From an uncultured Candidatus Saccharibacteria bacterium (lineage in GTDB: Bacteria > Patescibacteriota > Minisyncoccia > Phycocordibacterales > UBA9973), in assembly GCA_964544225.1 (NCBI GenBank), contig CAZIZK010000001.1, positions 143,477 to 207,476 of the forward strand: DNA of 64,000 nt, read 5' to 3'. Within the stretch, counting starts at the first letter, position 1. Each line of letters opens with the position of its first letter. The notes beneath the pieces were generated by a model. It saw only the letters and a program-made list of their open reading frames with translations. It did no database searches and was not told the origin of the DNA. Positions 46,872 to 55,991 of this stretch are shown here, piece after piece. The position numbers were made by a program, and so were the translations under genes.

Positions 46872-46904
46872 AAAATTCCCCTAGGCCTTACCTAGGGGAA
46901 TTTT
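46872..46904. terminator. bidirectional palindromic terminator (family)
   Basis: aaaattcccctaggccttacctaggggaatttt. Confidence 0.7.
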
Positions 46905-47481
46905 ATTTAGCTTTTTTCTTAAAATATTTTCTTAAAGCAAGAATTGTCATACCACTATCAAAAATACAGAAGTATGTAACAAATAAATAATCTTTAAAAT
47001 TATGACCTGTGGTAGATAATAGTGCTACTATACTTGCAAGAGCAAACAAACCCCAGAAAGGGATATTTTCACTTTCTGGTTTTTTAATCGCACGGACAAC
47101 AGTAGGCAGTGAACCAATAGAATGGGCAATAAGTCCTATAAAAAGATTTAAAACCGGAATATCGGTAAAAACCCACAGGATAAAACTAATTATTAAAAGG
47201 ATTGTTGAAATAGTTTCAGTTTTACCCCAAAGATTTTCTGCTCTCCTAAAAATAGCTCCAACAAATACAAGTAGGGAACCAAGAAGAGTAACCCAAGCAA
47301 GCACAGTGGTGGAAACTTGGTTACCAAGCTTAAGTACACTTGCAAGATTATTTACGGCCAAACAAAGAAATACTGTTCGGGTAAATAAATTTGGGCGATA
47401 CCCACCCCTAAAAATAGCTTTAAATCCAATAAGATAGGAAGCGGAAGCAAGAAGTCCAATTAAAATATAAGTTGAATTCAT
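46903..47481 (-). CDS. hypothetical polytopic membrane protein
   Basis: Six predicted TM helices; no motif. Confidence 0.4.
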   Translation of the reverse strand: MNSTYILIGLLASASYLIGFKAIFRGGYRPNLFTRTVFLCLAVNNLASVLKLGNQVSTTVLAWVTLLGSLLVFVGAIFRRAENLWGKTETISTILLIISFILWVFTDIPVLNLFIGLIAHSIGSLPTVVRAIKKPESENIPFWGLFALASIVALLSTTGHNFKDYLFVTYFCIFDSGMTILALRKYFKKKAK

Positions 47482-47555
47482 AAAAATTATTATACCAAAA
47501 TTAAAAGAAATAGTATTGTATTGACATTGTCATTACAGAGGTATATACTATAAAT

Positions 47556-47864
47556 ATGAATAATACACAAACAGTACAAATTAGAATAGATGCAAAGACA
47601 AAGTTAGCAGCCCAGAAAACTTTCAAGGCTCTAGGTATGGACATGTCTTCTGGAGTAAAGATATTTTTAACTCAAGTGGTCAAGGACCAGTGTTTTCCTT
47701 TTGTACCAAGTACAAAGAAGAATATTGCTTTACGCAAAGAAATAGACAAAGAAATAGCAGAAATAAAAAAGGGTGGGGTTAAAGGTTATAAAAATGCAAA
47801 AGAATTACACGAGTCTATCTTAGGAAAAAAGGAATACTCAAAATATGCTAGTTTACAAAAGTAA
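47556..47864 (+). CDS. type II antitoxin, RelB/DinJ family
   Basis: N-terminal RHH-like segment (VQIRIDAKTKLAAQKTFKALGMDMSSGVKIFLTQVV) typical of DinJ. It overlaps the downstream toxin gene by 20 nt. Confidence 0.65.
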   Translation: MNNTQTVQIRIDAKTKLAAQKTFKALGMDMSSGVKIFLTQVVKDQCFPFVPSTKKNIALRKEIDKEIAEIKKGGVKGYKNAKELHESILGKKEYSKYASLQK

Positions 47865-48123
47865 AAATTATACAAAATCCCTAAAAAAGATTTTAAGAGG
47901 TGGAAAAATTCACATTCTGGAAATAGAAATGGTTATTGATTTGTTAGCAGAAGGAAAAACTCTCCCAATCAAATATCAAGACCATTATCTGACAGGAGAA
48001 TTTACTGGATGTCGTGAATGCCACATAAGGCCAGACTTGCTCCTAATATATAAAATTGAAAAAAATATTCTAATCCTCACACTCATCGATATAGGTAGCC
48101 ACTCCAAACTTTTCGGTAAATAA
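47845..48123 (+). CDS. type II toxin, YafQ/RelE family mRNA interferase
   Basis: QDHYLTGEFTGCRECHIRPDLLLIYKIEKNILILTLIDIGSHSKLF matches the YafQ/RelE core, including the conserved His. Confidence 0.75.
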   Translation: MLVYKSKNYTKSLKKILRGGKIHILEIEMVIDLLAEGKTLPIKYQDHYLTGEFTGCRECHIRPDLLLIYKIEKNILILTLIDIGSHSKLFGK

Positions 48124-48155
48124 AATTCCCATAGGTCCGACCTATGGGAATTTTT
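48122..48155. terminator. bidirectional palindromic terminator (family) between the yafQ-like gene and glmS
   Basis: aaaattcccataggtccgacctatgggaattttt. Confidence 0.7.
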
Positions 48156-50001
48156 ATTCTACTGTTACGCTTTTTGCGAGGTTGCGGGGTTTGTCTACAT
48201 CGGCACCGCGGAGTATGGCTGTGTGGTAGGCGAGTAGCTGGAGGGGGATGACAGAGAGTATCGGCATCCATTCGTCAGGCACATTTGGAATTTCAATTAC
48301 ATGGTCAAATATTTTATACGCTTCAATATTACCTGCGCGAACTATACCCACAGTCAGTGCGCCACGAGCTTTGACTTCTTGAACATTGGATATCACTTTC
48401 TCTAACAAGTTCTCGTTTGTAGCGACAACTATTACAGGAAAGTCCTTCTCCACTAGTGCTATCGGGCCGTGCTTCATCTCGGCAGCGGGGTAACCCTCGG
48501 CATGGATGTATGATATTTCTTTCAGCTTCAGTGCACCTTCCAGTGCCACAGGGAACAATGCACCACGCCCTAGGAACAATGCATTGTCTTTGTCTTTCAA
48601 AATGTTAGCGATCTCTTTTACTTTATCTTCTTGTTTCAAAACTTCTTCCACCTTGTCGCCAATATTTTCCAAAGACTCTACGAGTTTCACATAGTCAGCT
48701 TCGGCGAGTGTGCCACGAGTCTTTGCAAGTAGTAGTGCAAGCAATGACAGTATCACAACCTGTCCAGTAAAAGCTTTTGTACTTGCCACACCTATCTCGG
48801 GACCCACGTGTATGTATGAACCTGCGTCAGTTGTACGCGCTATCGATGAGCCAACAACATTACATATGCCATAAGTCACTGCCCCCATCTCCTTTGCCAA
48901 TGCGAGTGCTGCGAGCGTGTCGGCAGTTTCACCTGACTGTGAAATGGCTATTACTATGTCGTGCTTGTTTAGTATTGGGTTGCGGTATCGGAACTCTGAA
49001 GCATACTCTACCTCCACAGGCATGCCAGCTAGTTGCTCCACAAGATATTCACCCACCAAGCCTGATATCCAAGACGTTCCACAAGCAACTATTATAAGTC
49101 GGCGAGCTATCACTAATTGCTCACTGATCTCCTCCAAGCCTCGCAAGTGCACAGAGTGGTCAGGAAGTATGTGTCCGCGAAGTGCGTCAGATATTGTATG
49201 CGCTTGTTCAAATATTTCTTTTTGCATGTAGTGATCGTATCCACCTTTCTCCAACATCTCAGCTTCGAGAGTCAGCTTCTCGATGAACGGTGTCTGTGGC
49301 ACACCCGCGATCGATGAAACATTGTATTCACCACTGCGCTTCAACACAGCTATCTGATTGTCATCGAGATATATTACGTTCTTTGTATATTCGGCTATCG
49401 GTGATGCATCAGATGCTATGAAGAATTCTTGCTCGCCTATACCTACTACAAGTGGACTACCACGACGTGCCACGATCAGTGTGTCGGTATCATGCTCGTC
49501 CATAACGATGATCGCATATGCGCCGATGACTTGGGTGAGGGCTTCACGCACAGCTTCGAATAGTGATAGATTGTCTTTTACTTTTACAACTTCGATCAGG
49601 TGGGCTAGGACTTCGGTGTCAGTGTCGGAATTAAATGTATGCCCCTCTTTTTCCAGAGCTTGTTTTAATACTGCATAGTTTTCGATAATGCCGTTGTGGA
49701 TCAGAGCGATGGATTTAGATTCGGATAGATGTGGGTGCGAATTGCGGTCAGAAGGTTCGCCGTGTGTTGCCCAGCGTGTATGGCCTATACCTATCGTACC
49801 TTTGACATTACTGTTGTCAGTTAGTTTCAACAGTTCTGCAACTTTACCGTTCTTCTTGTACACACGCATACTACCTGTGCCTGCATCTTCTACTAGTGCT
49901 ACACCCGCAGAATCATAACCACGGTATTCTAAGCGTTGCAAACCCTTTATTATAATAGGGAAGGCTTCGCGCTTCCCGATGTATCCTACTATTCCACACA
50001 T
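48154..50001 (-). CDS. glmS: glutamine--fructose-6-phosphate aminotransferase
   Basis: N-terminal MCGIVGYIG (Ntn Cys), two SIS domains, and the C-terminal ...VDKPRNLAKSVTVE. Confidence 0.95.
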   Translation of the reverse strand: MCGIVGYIGKREAFPIIIKGLQRLEYRGYDSAGVALVEDAGTGSMRVYKKNGKVAELLKLTDNSNVKGTIGIGHTRWATHGEPSDRNSHPHLSESKSIALIHNGIIENYAVLKQALEKEGHTFNSDTDTEVLAHLIEVVKVKDNLSLFEAVREALTQVIGAYAIIVMDEHDTDTLIVARRGSPLVVGIGEQEFFIASDASPIAEYTKNVIYLDDNQIAVLKRSGEYNVSSIAGVPQTPFIEKLTLEAEMLEKGGYDHYMQKEIFEQAHTISDALRGHILPDHSVHLRGLEEISEQLVIARRLIIVACGTSWISGLVGEYLVEQLAGMPVEVEYASEFRYRNPILNKHDIVIAISQSGETADTLAALALAKEMGAVTYGICNVVGSSIARTTDAGSYIHVGPEIGVASTKAFTGQVVILSLLALLLAKTRGTLAEADYVKLVESLENIGDKVEEVLKQEDKVKEIANILKDKDNALFLGRGALFPVALEGALKLKEISYIHAEGYPAAEMKHGPIALVEKDFPVIVVATNENLLEKVISNVQEVKARGALTVGIVRAGNIEAYKIFDHVIEIPNVPDEWMPILSVIPLQLLAYHTAILRGADVDKPRNLAKSVTVE

Positions 50002-50187
50002 ATGTATCTATCCTAAATGATATTGCAGAAGTAAGCAAGAAAATTGTAGTGTTTCATTACCTTTATAAAAAGGCTGTTTTGTGTTATAAATGACTTATTA
50101 AAAGGTAATTGCTTGTATCCAGACAATTAGAGTTGAAACCTCAATACAACGTTTCAAACCTAGAGTCTGGGGACAAGCTTATATATT

Positions 50188-52314
50188 ATGAATACACAAG
50201 AGTTCGAAGTAGAGATCGGTGGCAAGAAAATTGTCGCTATGTTTAGTGACCTAGCTGACCAAGCAAATGGCTCAGTAATATTAAAGTCTGGTGGAACAGT
50301 TGTGATGGCGACAGCCGTGATCAGTCGTGATGGCAAATCAAATCCTGGGTTCTTCAACCTAACAGTTGAATATTTAGAAAAGTTCTACGCATCTGGCAAG
50401 ATCCTAGGCAGTCAGTTCATGCGTCGCGAGGGCAGACCAAGTGACCAGGCAATACTTGCTGCACGTGTTATCGACCGTACTATCCGCCCACTTTTTGACC
50501 ACCGTATAAAGAACGCAGTTCAAGTAATCATCACAGTTATCGCTATTGGTGACACTGACCCAAAGATGCTAGGTATCAATGCTGCGTCTGTAGCACTACA
50601 TATGTCCGACATTCCATGGGCAGGTCCTATCGGTGCTGTACATATAAGTAATACAAAAGACAATTCATCTCTAGCAGTTAACAACTACATCCCAAGTTCT
50701 GACGAGCCAGTCTACACACTGGACCTTATGGTATGTGGTAAGGATAGTACTATCAACATGATCGAAGCTATGACATTCGAACTATCTGAAGACACAGTTG
50801 GCCAGGCCTTTGACCTTGCAAGTGCCGAGATAACAAAGTGGGAGAACTTCCAAAAAGAATTACATGCAAAGATGGGCAAGGAGAAACTGGTCTTCGCAAC
50901 TGCAGAAACAACAGAGGAGATAAAGAGTCTCTTTAATGAAAAGATAGTTCCAATCCTCGACTCTGGATTATTTAGCAAGACAGATAGCAAGAAGACAATC
51001 GAACACGCTGAACACGAATGGAAAAAGATTTGTGAAGAAAAGTATGCCGAGGATCAAGCCATGAAGTTCATCGCCGAGGATTACATAGAAACATATATCG
51101 ACAAGGCACTACACACTGCAGCGCTCGAAAAAGATATGCGTCCAGATATGCGAGGACTCGATGAAGTTCGCGCCCTATCAGGTGTGGCTGGTGGTATATC
51201 CGATGTGTTACACGGCTCTGGAATATTCTACCGTGGGCAAACTCATGTTATGAGTGTCCTAACTCTTGCAGGACCAGAGAGCATGCACACTATCGACGGT
51301 GTAGAATTTAGTGCAAAGAAGAGGTTCATGCATCATTATAATTTCCCTCCATATTCTGCAGGTGAAACAGGACGCGTAGGTGGTATCAACCGTCGTGAGA
51401 TGGGTCATGGATTCCTCGCCGAGAAAGCTCTGCTTCCAGTACTTCCAGATAAAATAAACTTCCCATACACTATCCGTGTTGTTTCAGAATCGACAGCTTC
51501 AAATGGATCAACATCACAGGCATCTATCTGTGCTGCGACAATAGCACTTATGGATGGTGGTGTACCTATCAAGGCACCAGTGGCTGGTATATCTGTCGGA
51601 GTAATGATGGATGAAAACGATAGTACTAAATACAAATTGATAACAGATATCCAAGGTCCCGAGGATCACTACGGTGATATGGACTTTAAAGTCGCAGGAA
51701 CAGCGGTAGGTATCACAGCAATACAATTAGATATAAAGGTAGACGGTGTTCCAGTACAAGTACTGAAGGACGCACTAGTAAAAGCAAAGCAAGCTCGCCT
51801 ACACATACTTGAATCTATAAAGAATGTTATCAATACTCCACGTGCCGACATATCACCAAAGGCTCCGAAGATCGTAGTAACAAAAGTAAAGACAACTCAG
51901 ATAGGCCTGATCATTGGCCCAGGTGGTAAGAATGTAAATGCTATCCGTGAAGAAACAGGTGCTGAGATAAGTATCGAGGAAGATGGAACAATATACATAA
52001 CAGGCAAGGACGGTGCAGCAGATCGTGCAAAGAAGATTATCGAGGATATGACTCATGAGTACAAGCCAGGTGACACTGCGCAGGGTACAGTGGTAAAGAT
52101 CACTGACTTCGGTGCGTTCGTAAAGATAGGCCGTGATACAGAAGGGTTGGTACATGTTTCCGAGATTGCACCATTCCGTATTGAAAAAGTTTCAGATATA
52201 CTAAAGGAAGGGCAGACTGTGCCGATCAAGATATTGAAGCTCGATGAGAAGGGCAGACTAGCTTTCTCTATCAAAGAAGCTGACAAAGATTTCTTCAAAC
52301 CAAAAGCAGAATAA
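50188..52314 (+). CDS. pnp: polyribonucleotide nucleotidyltransferase (PNPase)
   Basis: Two RNase PH domains, KH (IGLIIGPGGKNVNAIREETGA) and S1 (GDTAQGTVVKITDFGAFVKI). Confidence 0.95.
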   Translation: MNTQEFEVEIGGKKIVAMFSDLADQANGSVILKSGGTVVMATAVISRDGKSNPGFFNLTVEYLEKFYASGKILGSQFMRREGRPSDQAILAARVIDRTIRPLFDHRIKNAVQVIITVIAIGDTDPKMLGINAASVALHMSDIPWAGPIGAVHISNTKDNSSLAVNNYIPSSDEPVYTLDLMVCGKDSTINMIEAMTFELSEDTVGQAFDLASAEITKWENFQKELHAKMGKEKLVFATAETTEEIKSLFNEKIVPILDSGLFSKTDSKKTIEHAEHEWKKICEEKYAEDQAMKFIAEDYIETYIDKALHTAALEKDMRPDMRGLDEVRALSGVAGGISDVLHGSGIFYRGQTHVMSVLTLAGPESMHTIDGVEFSAKKRFMHHYNFPPYSAGETGRVGGINRREMGHGFLAEKALLPVLPDKINFPYTIRVVSESTASNGSTSQASICAATIALMDGGVPIKAPVAGISVGVMMDENDSTKYKLITDIQGPEDHYGDMDFKVAGTAVGITAIQLDIKVDGVPVQVLKDALVKAKQARLHILESIKNVINTPRADISPKAPKIVVTKVKTTQIGLIIGPGGKNVNAIREETGAEISIEEDGTIYITGKDGAADRAKKIIEDMTHEYKPGDTAQGTVVKITDFGAFVKIGRDTEGLVHVSEIAPFRIEKVSDILKEGQTVPIKILKLDEKGRLAFSIKEADKDFFKPKAE

Positions 52315-52324
52315 AAAAATATAA

Positions 52325-53224
52325 ATGGATGAAAATAATTCACAAAACAATATTGGTCCAGATGGTGCACCTGTAATACATACGTATGCAGGTGACATGG
52401 CCTCTATGGTGCGTGACCACGAAGCAAGTGTTATCAAGATAGCCATGGCCGAGCAAAGGCGTCGCGAACAAGAAGCTGCAAAAGTACAACATGCTCGCGC
52501 GAGCAAGCGTAGCACCTTCTTTGCTGTTGGTGCTGTAGTATTAGTATTGCTTACAATAGTTGGAGTGAAGTTACTAAAAGCAAAGATCGCTATCGACTCG
52601 GTGCACCCTGAAGTATTGACTCGTATACCAACATTTATACCTACCGATACAGACTCGGTAATAGATGCTGACAGGTTCACTGGTAAAGAAGACCTGACTT
52701 TAGTCTTCAACAAAGAGCGTAGCCAAGCTGGTAAAACAGGCGAGGTAAGATCCATATTCATGACCCTCGGTATAGGTGACACAAAAGAAGTCATGAAGAC
52801 AGGTGAATTTATCAAACTATTGCAAAGCAGTATTCCAGGCTCGATGGCTCGCACACTCGACGAATCTATGATGATGGGTATATACACCGATCAGAACTCG
52901 AACACTCACCCATATTTTATTTTTAAAAATAACAACTTCGACACAGCTTATGCTAGCTCACTTGCCTGGGAGAACACATTGCTCGATGAATTCTTTCCAT
53001 TGTTTGGTATCGATGTCAGTGGTGACAATAAACAACTTTTAGAAAATAGGTTTACAGACAAGCTGATAGAGAATATTGATACACGTATATTGTCTGACAA
53101 TTCTAGTAATGTCTTGATATACTCACTATTCCTAAACAAGGACTATTATATGATCACCGACTCTGAGCTGGTTATAAAAGAAATGCTAAAGCGCCTCAGG
53201 TCTATCAACACTACTGCTCGGTAG
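52325..53224 (+). CDS. hypothetical single-TM membrane protein
   Basis: TM helix STFFAVGAVVLVLLTIVGV after a charged N-terminus; starts 11 bp after pnp. Confidence 0.4.
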   Translation: MDENNSQNNIGPDGAPVIHTYAGDMASMVRDHEASVIKIAMAEQRRREQEAAKVQHARASKRSTFFAVGAVVLVLLTIVGVKLLKAKIAIDSVHPEVLTRIPTFIPTDTDSVIDADRFTGKEDLTLVFNKERSQAGKTGEVRSIFMTLGIGDTKEVMKTGEFIKLLQSSIPGSMARTLDESMMMGIYTDQNSNTHPYFIFKNNNFDTAYASSLAWENTLLDEFFPLFGIDVSGDNKQLLENRFTDKLIENIDTRILSDNSSNVLIYSLFLNKDYYMITDSELVIKEMLKRLRSINTTAR

Positions 53225-53259
53225 GTTGCGTGTTTGTGTGTGAATGATAATATGTATGT

Positions 53260-53610
53260 ATGATAAACATAGATAAACAAAAGGAAACTTTACAAGAAGA
53301 GAAGGTAAATTTAGAGAACGAACTCTCTGGCATGGGCTCTATTAAAAACGAAATAGGTGTATGGGTTGCGAGGCCAGAGGCCGAGACAGCTCCAGAAGCT
53401 GATGAGAACGATATGGCTTCCCGTGGTGAGGACTTTGAACTAAAGAGTTCTACAACAGAAATATTGGCAAAGAGACTCTCTGCAATAGAAACTGCAATTG
53501 CAAATATCGAATCAGGTATATATGGCAAGTGCTCTGTATGTGGTAACGATATTGAAGACGACAGACTAGAAGCAAACCCAAGCGCACAGACTTGCAAAGC
53601 CTGCATGTAA
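53260..53610 (+). CDS. DksA/TraR-family C4 zinc-finger protein
   Basis: Coiled-coil N-terminus and C-terminal CSVCGNDIEDDRLEANPSAQTCKAC (CxxC-17-CxxC). Confidence 0.7.
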   Translation: MINIDKQKETLQEEKVNLENELSGMGSIKNEIGVWVARPEAETAPEADENDMASRGEDFELKSSTTEILAKRLSAIETAIANIESGIYGKCSVCGNDIEDDRLEANPSAQTCKACM

Positions 53611-53642
53611 AATAAAATATGTTTCAAAAAAACATTAAATAG

Positions 53643-53730
53643 TTCTTGGAAAGGGGGTTTTGGGCGCGACGGCGACCAAACTTCAGGAGATTTTTACCAA
53701 AAAATCGACGTACCCTTGAAAAGAAGCTAT
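53643..53730 (+). repeat. MITE-like / REP-like repeat, copy A
   Basis: ttcttggaaagggggttttgggcgcgacggcgaccaaacttcaggagatttttaccaaaaaatcgacgtacccttgaaaagaa; imperfect TIRs ttcttggaaaggg / cccttgaaaagaa; internal AT hairpin gattttt-acc-aaaaatc. Confidence 0.65.
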
Positions 53731-53759
53731 TTGATGTTTTTTTCTGTTATAATTAAATT

Positions 53760-55331
53760 ATGTCATTTTCCCGAGTATATGCTGCACAGCCATATTTACT
53801 CAAAGGTAAATTGGTAACAGTCGAAGTGGATATTACAAAGAATACCCTTCATGCATTTACTATGGTTGGCCTACCGGACAAAGCCGTCGATGAAGCAAAG
53901 GACCGCATGGCCTCTGCACTAAAGAACTCGGGCTTCAACTCTCCAAAAAGTCAGAATCAAAAAATAGTTATATCACTCTCACCAGCAGACCTGAAGAAGG
54001 AGGGTGCGTATTTCGACCTGGCTATCGCATTGGCGTATTTATTGTCTGCCGAAGAAATAGATTTCAATGCCGAGGGTCGTATATTCCTAGGTGAGTTAGC
54101 CCTCAATGGTGAACTGCGCCCGATTCGTGGGGCACTACCCCTGGCCCAAGAAGCAAAGAGGCTCGGTTATAAAGAGATATTTCTTCCACGTGCCAATGCT
54201 GTTGAAGCAGCACTTGTAAGTGGTATTGATGTATATGGTGCAGACACATTGAATGATGTTGTAGATCATATCCACCAAGTCAAATATGATAAGAAGGGTA
54301 ACCCTCTGGAGCCAGAAAGGAAGAAGTTAATAAAAGAAAAGGAAGCAGTAATAGAGAAAGTTGTAAAAGATTTCAAGACAGATTTCCAAGATATCCGTGG
54401 ACAGGAAAGCGCAAAGAGGGCACTAGAAATTGCGGCCGCAGGTGGCCACAATATTGCACTGTCAGGCCCACCAGGTACCGGCAAGACCATGCTTGCCCGC
54501 GCATTTTCACACATACTACCCGACTTGGACAACGAAGATATACTGGAGATCACAGGCATCCACTCGATAGTTGGCTTACTCGACGGTGCACTCGTCACCG
54601 AGCCACCTCTACGTTCACCGCACCATACAGCAAGCTATGTATCGATTATCGGTGGTGGGGCAAATGTGAAGCCAGGCGAAGTGACTCTAGCTCACAAAGG
54701 TGTATTGTTCCTCGATGAATTTCCAGAATTTGAAAAGAAAGTTCTAGAAAGTTTACGCCAGCCACTGGAAGACAACATGGTGTCGATATCACGTGCTCGT
54801 GGTTCTGCTACTTTCCCTTAGAACTTTATACTCATTGCTGCCATGAACCCATGCCCGTGTGGACACAAAGGCAACAAGCAAAAAGCCTGCATTTGTAAAC
54901 CAAACGATATTGATAGATACAATAGAAAATTGTCTGGCCCCATCATGGACCGTATCGATATATGGGTTACAGTCGGTGCGGTAGAGTACGACGCACTTTC
55001 CGAGACAGCGCCAAGTGGTACAAGTACAAATATAATAAAGGAGCGTGTCCGTATTGCCCGCGATATCCAAGGCAAGAGGTTAAAGCAAGCAACCCGCAGG
55101 ATAAAACTAAATAGCGAGATGAATGTAAAAGATCTGAACACTTTCGCCCCAATTTCAAAAGATGTAAAAGATGTTTTGAACCAAAGTGCCGAGAAGCTCC
55201 AGCTGTCGGCCCGCGCATATCACCGCACTATCAAACTTGCCCGTACTATTGCCGATATTGAACACAGTGCTGAGATAGAGATCCCTCATATCCTCGAAGC
55301 CCTGCAATACAGGCCAAAGATAAATCAATAG
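53760..55331 (+). pseudogene. comM: YifB/ComM-family Mg-chelatase-like AAA+ ATPase, interrupted by a single in-frame TAG at 54819-54821
   Basis: ORFs 53760-54821 and 54843-55331 are in the same frame. Translation ...[25 protein letters not shown]... is colinear with intact homologues (TFPARF.LVAAMNPCPCG). Walker A GPPGTGKT and the CPCG zinc motif are present. Confidence 0.75.
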
Positions 55332-55365
55332 TAGACAAAATGGGTAAGGGGAGTAGAATATAAAT

Positions 55366-55641
55366 ATGATAAGAGAAATGTATAATCCACCAACAGGGGG
55401 ACCAAGAGAGGTGCCAAAAGAAGCTCCGAAATATATTGTGAACCCATCTGAATTGGCAGAAGTTCAGAAACAGGCACACATACTACTAGGTAGGATATAT
55501 GCAATGGGGAGGAATGACGCAGAAAGATCAGTGATAGATGGTGTGGTAGGTGATTATCAATCCGGCAAAATAAACTACACTGAAGCTTTAAACCAATTCA
55601 ACAAAATTCAAGAAACAAAAGACAGAGGAGATTACAATTAA
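55366..55641 (+). CDS. hypothetical small protein
   Basis: 91-aa ORF; no motif. Confidence 0.3.
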   Translation: MIREMYNPPTGGPREVPKEAPKYIVNPSELAEVQKQAHILLGRIYAMGRNDAERSVIDGVVGDYQSGKINYTEALNQFNKIQETKDRGDYN

Positions 55642-55658
55642 AAAAAATACCTCTAAAT

Positions 55659-55689
55659 AAAAATCCCAAGAAAATTTCTTGGGATTTTT
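55659..55689. terminator. bidirectional palindromic terminator
   Basis: aaaaatcccaagaaaatttcttgggattttt. Confidence 0.65.
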
Positions 55690-55691
55690 AT

Positions 55692-55985
55692 TTATGCTTT
55701 CTTTTTTGTTGTAGTCTTCTTCTTTACTTTCTTTGATACAGGTTTTTCTGAATGAGGGGCTGTCTCTAGTGTTATTATCGGTGGGGTTAAGTTTACAGAT
55801 TTTTTCTTTTTCTTTACAGCAACCTTCTTCTTTGTTGTTGCTTTTTTTACAGGTTTTTTTACAGTCTTTTTTACAGTAGAAGATTTGGCCGCTGCCGCAT
55901 GAGCAGTATTGACCTCAAGTGGTAACCCTGACATGAAGAAAAATACAGGAACCAAAAGTATTAAAATAAATATTTTTCTCATCAT
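55692..55985 (-). CDS. small secreted lysine-rich protein
   Basis: Signal peptide MMRKIFILILLVPVFFFMSG; about 40% Lys with KKxxKK repeats. Confidence 0.4.
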   Translation of the reverse strand: MMRKIFILILLVPVFFFMSGLPLEVNTAHAAAAKSSTVKKTVKKPVKKATTKKKVAVKKKKKSVNLTPPIITLETAPHSEKPVSKKVKKKTTTKKKA

Positions 55986-55991
55986 AAAAAT

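Noticed and set aside
54819-54821. Genome-wide reassignment of TAG, or an alternative genetic code such as UGA=Gly.
   Set aside because: Long housekeeping ORFs (pnp, glmS, pilB, guaA, recJ) are uninterrupted under the standard code and terminate normally with TAA or TAG. This is the only in-frame stop I noticed inside a conserved gene.
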